Assembly (NCBI GenBank): GCA_017455185.1
Contig: JAFTBN010000049.1
Span: 1-61,261 of the forward strand
Length of the DNA stretch: 61,261 nucleotides
Direction of reading: 5' to 3'
From: Clostridia bacterium
Lineage (GTDB): Bacteria; Bacillota; Clostridia; Oscillospirales; CAG-272
The position numbers and the translations under genes were made by a program. The notes beneath the pieces were generated by a model. It was not told where the DNA came from, did not search any database, and was given only the letters and a program-made list of their open reading frames with translations. Positions 59,125-61,261 of the stretch are shown here, piece after piece. How positions within the stretch are numbered: the first letter of the stretch is position 1; every line of letters begins with the position of its first letter.

Positions 59125-59827
59125 GAGTCGCCTCTTTCCTCCCGTTTCCGATTTCGGCACCGTCTGTGCCCGGAGACCGGGTGGATACGGGAAAATCAAA
59201 ATAAGTATCGGGAAAGGGTTCGTTCTCCAGGGTAAAATGCCACCACTCGCTGTTGATGGCCCTGAAGCCGCCTTCCAGCATCATGCGGCGCAGATACATC
59301 CTGTTTTCGTATGCCTGTCCCTTTATAAAATCACACGTCGGGTGGGACGCCTCCCCGAAGAAGTCAAAGGGGCTTCCCATGTCCAATTCTTTTCCGGATT
59401 GCATCTGCACCAGAGTCAGATCCACCGTGCTGCCCCGGCTGTGGCTCGAGCGCCCGTCGATGTATCCCCGCTGAAACAAATCCTGTTTTTCCATATCCGG
59501 GTAGAAATAGGATTTCATGCTTTGATCCGGATTCTGTCCCCAGCGCATGAAATGCTTCACGGCCCGGACCGGACGGTACGCGTCATAGATTTTGAATCGA
59601 TATCCCTGCGCAGCGATTTTGTCGCTGACGGCTCTGAGCGCCTTTGCCGCCTCTTTTGTCAGAAGTGCCACCGGTTCCTCGTATCCGTCCACCCGGCTCC
59701 CGATAAAATTGTAAGTCGAGTAGTAACGGATTTCCAGAATCGCATCCGGCACTGCATCGGTCAACAGAACAAAATCCGTTGCGTCAAGGGAATCCGGAAT
59801 CTCCTTATCCCGTTTTCTTTCATCCAT
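59117..59827 (-). CDS. M15D D-alanyl-D-alanine dipeptidase (VanX/DdpX-like)
   Basis: YDAYRP, SSHSRGSTVDLT, EWWHF. Confidence 0.92.
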   Translation of the reverse strand: MDERKRDKEIPDSLDATDFVLLTDAVPDAILEIRYYSTYNFIGSRVDGYEEPVALLTKEAAKALRAVSDKIAAQGYRFKIYDAYRPVRAVKHFMRWGQNPDQSMKSYFYPDMEKQDLFQRGYIDGRSSHSRGSTVDLTLVQMQSGKELDMGSPFDFFGEASHPTCDFIKGQAYENRMYLRRMMLEGGFRAINSEWWHFTLENEPFPDTYFDFPVSTRSPGTDGAEIGNGRKEATHG

Positions 59828-59903
59828 TTATCCGATCCGCCTCTCCATCTCTTTGTTTCCGGCCTTCCTTGCGGGCAATCCGGTATTTGACACGGTCAGA
59901 CTT

Positions 59904-60467
59904 TTATTCGAAAAGCCGGTCAATCCTGTGCTCGGCTTCCCGCAGAATGGCCTCCACGTCCGCGCCGTCCAAATCCAGGCCTTCCGCCTTGATCTGAAGG
60001 ACTTCCTCAATCCCGTAAAAGCCACGGGACAACGCTTCGACATAGCCGTAACCGAACGCGTCAGGAAGATGACATCCGCCCGATGTCGTCAGGTAAAACA
60101 GTCTTTTTGCGCGGCACAGTCCGACCGGTATGCCGTCTTCCCCGTACCGGAATGTAATTCCCACCACGTTCACCTGCTCCAGATACTGCTTCAGAGCTGC
60201 CGGGAAAGACAAATCCCAGCAAGGCGCCGCGATGACGATTTCATCTGCCTCCGCAAACTGACGGGCAAAATCAAAAAACGGGGCGTCCGTCCATCCCCTG
60301 GCAAGCAGACCGTCCCTGCGTTTCAGAAAGGATTCATCCGCCACCGGAAACCGGGCCCGGTCAAGTTTCAATGTCCGATCCGGTGCTCCCAAATGCGCAA
60401 ACAACCGGTTTGCGAGCCGGCGGGTTCTGGACTCTTCCCTCACACATGCATCAATAAACAGTCTCAT
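59904..60467 (-). CDS. FMN-dependent NADH-azoreductase / flavodoxin-2 family
   Basis: LFIDACVREESRT, AAPCWDLSFPAALK, TTSGG; no RBS upstream. Confidence 0.88.
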   Translation of the reverse strand: MRLFIDACVREESRTRRLANRLFAHLGAPDRTLKLDRARFPVADESFLKRRDGLLARGWTDAPFFDFARQFAEADEIVIAAPCWDLSFPAALKQYLEQVNVVGITFRYGEDGIPVGLCRAKRLFYLTTSGGCHLPDAFGYGYVEALSRGFYGIEEVLQIKAEGLDLDGADVEAILREAEHRIDRLFE

Positions 60468-60473
60468 TCAATC

Positions 60474-60482
60474 TGGTATAAT
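60474..60482 (+). promoter_or_regulatory. Extended -10 box at the IS110 left end
   Basis: TGgTATAAT with no -35 in the flank, consistent with a circle-junction promoter. Confidence 0.6.
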
Positions 60483-60489
60483 TAAATCA

Positions 60490-60875
60490 GCCCCCAGCAA
60501 CCGTTTAATCATACTTACCTTTCTAGTAGATTTTCGCACGATGATGTGCTACAATTACAGTACTTTTACCATATAGGAGGATAAGGCAACGCTGGGGAGC
60601 GACCTGAGCGCCTATATGGGTTTTGCGGGGGATAATATCCTCTTGCGAAATGGGTATTATCCTTTGGAAAACAATGCGATAAACCCATTTCAACAATTCT
60701 GGAAAAGTTCCGTAGTCCACTTCATTCTGTGTACAGCGTTAAACGACTGGTTAAAGGAGAGTATGGCTACGGCTTTTCTTGTATATGGTGATAAGTTGGT
60801 TACAGCGCAATGCGACTGGTAATAAGGAACCAGAATACATGAGAAAAGACCCGTAGATTGACTCGGAACTTTTTC
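60490..60875 (+). ncRNA. Putative IS110 bridge/seek RNA
   Basis: Multiple perfect helices and a duplicated TACAGCG-N5-CGACTGGT motif upstream of the recombinase. Confidence 0.7.
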
Positions 60876-60894
60876 ATTTTTTAAGGAGGCACCT

Positions 60895-61261
60895 ATGATC
60901 TACGTAGGCATCGACGTCGCATCAGAAAAGCATGACTATTTCATGATGCAGGGTGAAACTGGGCAAGTGTTCAGTCGCACTTCAACCACCGTTTCGAATG
61001 ATTCAAACGGTTACAAAAAGCTCCTCAAAGACATTTCAGACTTTTGCGGAGCTACTGGAGATTCCAATGTGCGCATAGGACTGGAATCCACCGGTATCTA
61101 CCACACTAACATCACCACTTTCCTAACAAGCAATGATTACAAAGTGATGATAATCAATCCGATTTTAACCAATATGGCTCGCAAAGAAGCAAAGCTGCAC
61201 AGCCAAAAAACAGACAACTTGGATTCACAAACCATTTGTAAGTATTTGATAAATCATCCCG
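60895..61261 (+). CDS. IS110 DEDD recombinase/transposase, truncated by the window edge (not in the ORF track)
   Basis: AAGGAGG RBS; MIYVGIDVASEKHD...GLESTGIY...INP...KTDNLDS. Confidence 0.95.
   Translation, partial: MIYVGIDVASEKHDYFMMQGETGQVFSRTSTTVSNDSNGYKKLLKDISDFCGATGDSNVRIGLESTGIYHTNITTFLTSNDYKVMIINPILTNMARKEAKLHSQKTDNLDSQTICKYLINHP

Larger units (their letters stand above)
60470..61261 (+). mobile_element. IS110-family insertion sequence (left end plus partial recombinase)
   Basis: Abrupt drop in GC; long non-coding left end; DEDD recombinase; left boundary approximate. Confidence 0.88.

Noticed and set aside
59117-59827. Vancomycin-resistance locus
   Set aside because: The VanX-like dipeptidase stands alone, with no vanH, ligase or vanRS
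3046-59890. Many long antisense ORFs (e.g. 31573-34293, 48745-50928, 53454-55355, 21632-23353, 13673-15133)
   Set aside because: They mirror well-supported genes on the opposite strand, have no recognisable motifs or RBS, and are expected with GC-rich codon usage
60523-60822. Small ORFs 60523-60720 (-) and 60616-60822 (+)
   Set aside because: They lie in the structured IS110 non-coding end and lack an RBS or protein motifs
1-61261. CRISPR array, tRNA, rRNA or prophage genes
   Set aside because: None seen by eye; the short tandem repeats found (15270-15385, 35100-35145) are coding low-complexity repeats

Overview
Mostly housekeeping chromosome of a GC-rich Firmicute, probably Clostridia (inferred from gene content: HprK, TmcAL, SepF, ntp-type V-ATPase, lysine riboswitch). 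Nearly all genes are on the - strand: rplM-rpsI, dinB, a complete probably Na+-pumping V-ATPase operon, an envelope cluster, lgt/lspA/ileS/sepF/yggS/miaA/queA, lipid and K+-uptake genes, an alkylation-repair cluster, a REC-GGDEF-EAL-GGDEF protein with a free Hpt, azlCD, a D,D-dipeptidase and an azoreductase. hprK, an acyl-CoA synthetase and riboswitch-controlled dapA-dapB are on +. The most interesting parts: (1) an IS110 element at the right edge whose ~425-bp non-coding left end is highly structured, has a duplicated stem-loop motif (bridge-RNA-like), and appears inserted between the ribosome-binding site and ATG of the azoreductase gene; (2) a 510-bp islet in the queA 3' end, bounded by a 21-bp duplication, with an intact antitoxin and an internally deleted YafQ toxin; (3) an unexplained ~115-nt rod-shaped hairpin after dinB; (4) a lipid-anchored coiled-coil fibre protein; (5) a possible integrated-element boundary after rpsI. 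All calls were made by eye from motifs; no searches or folding programs were run.
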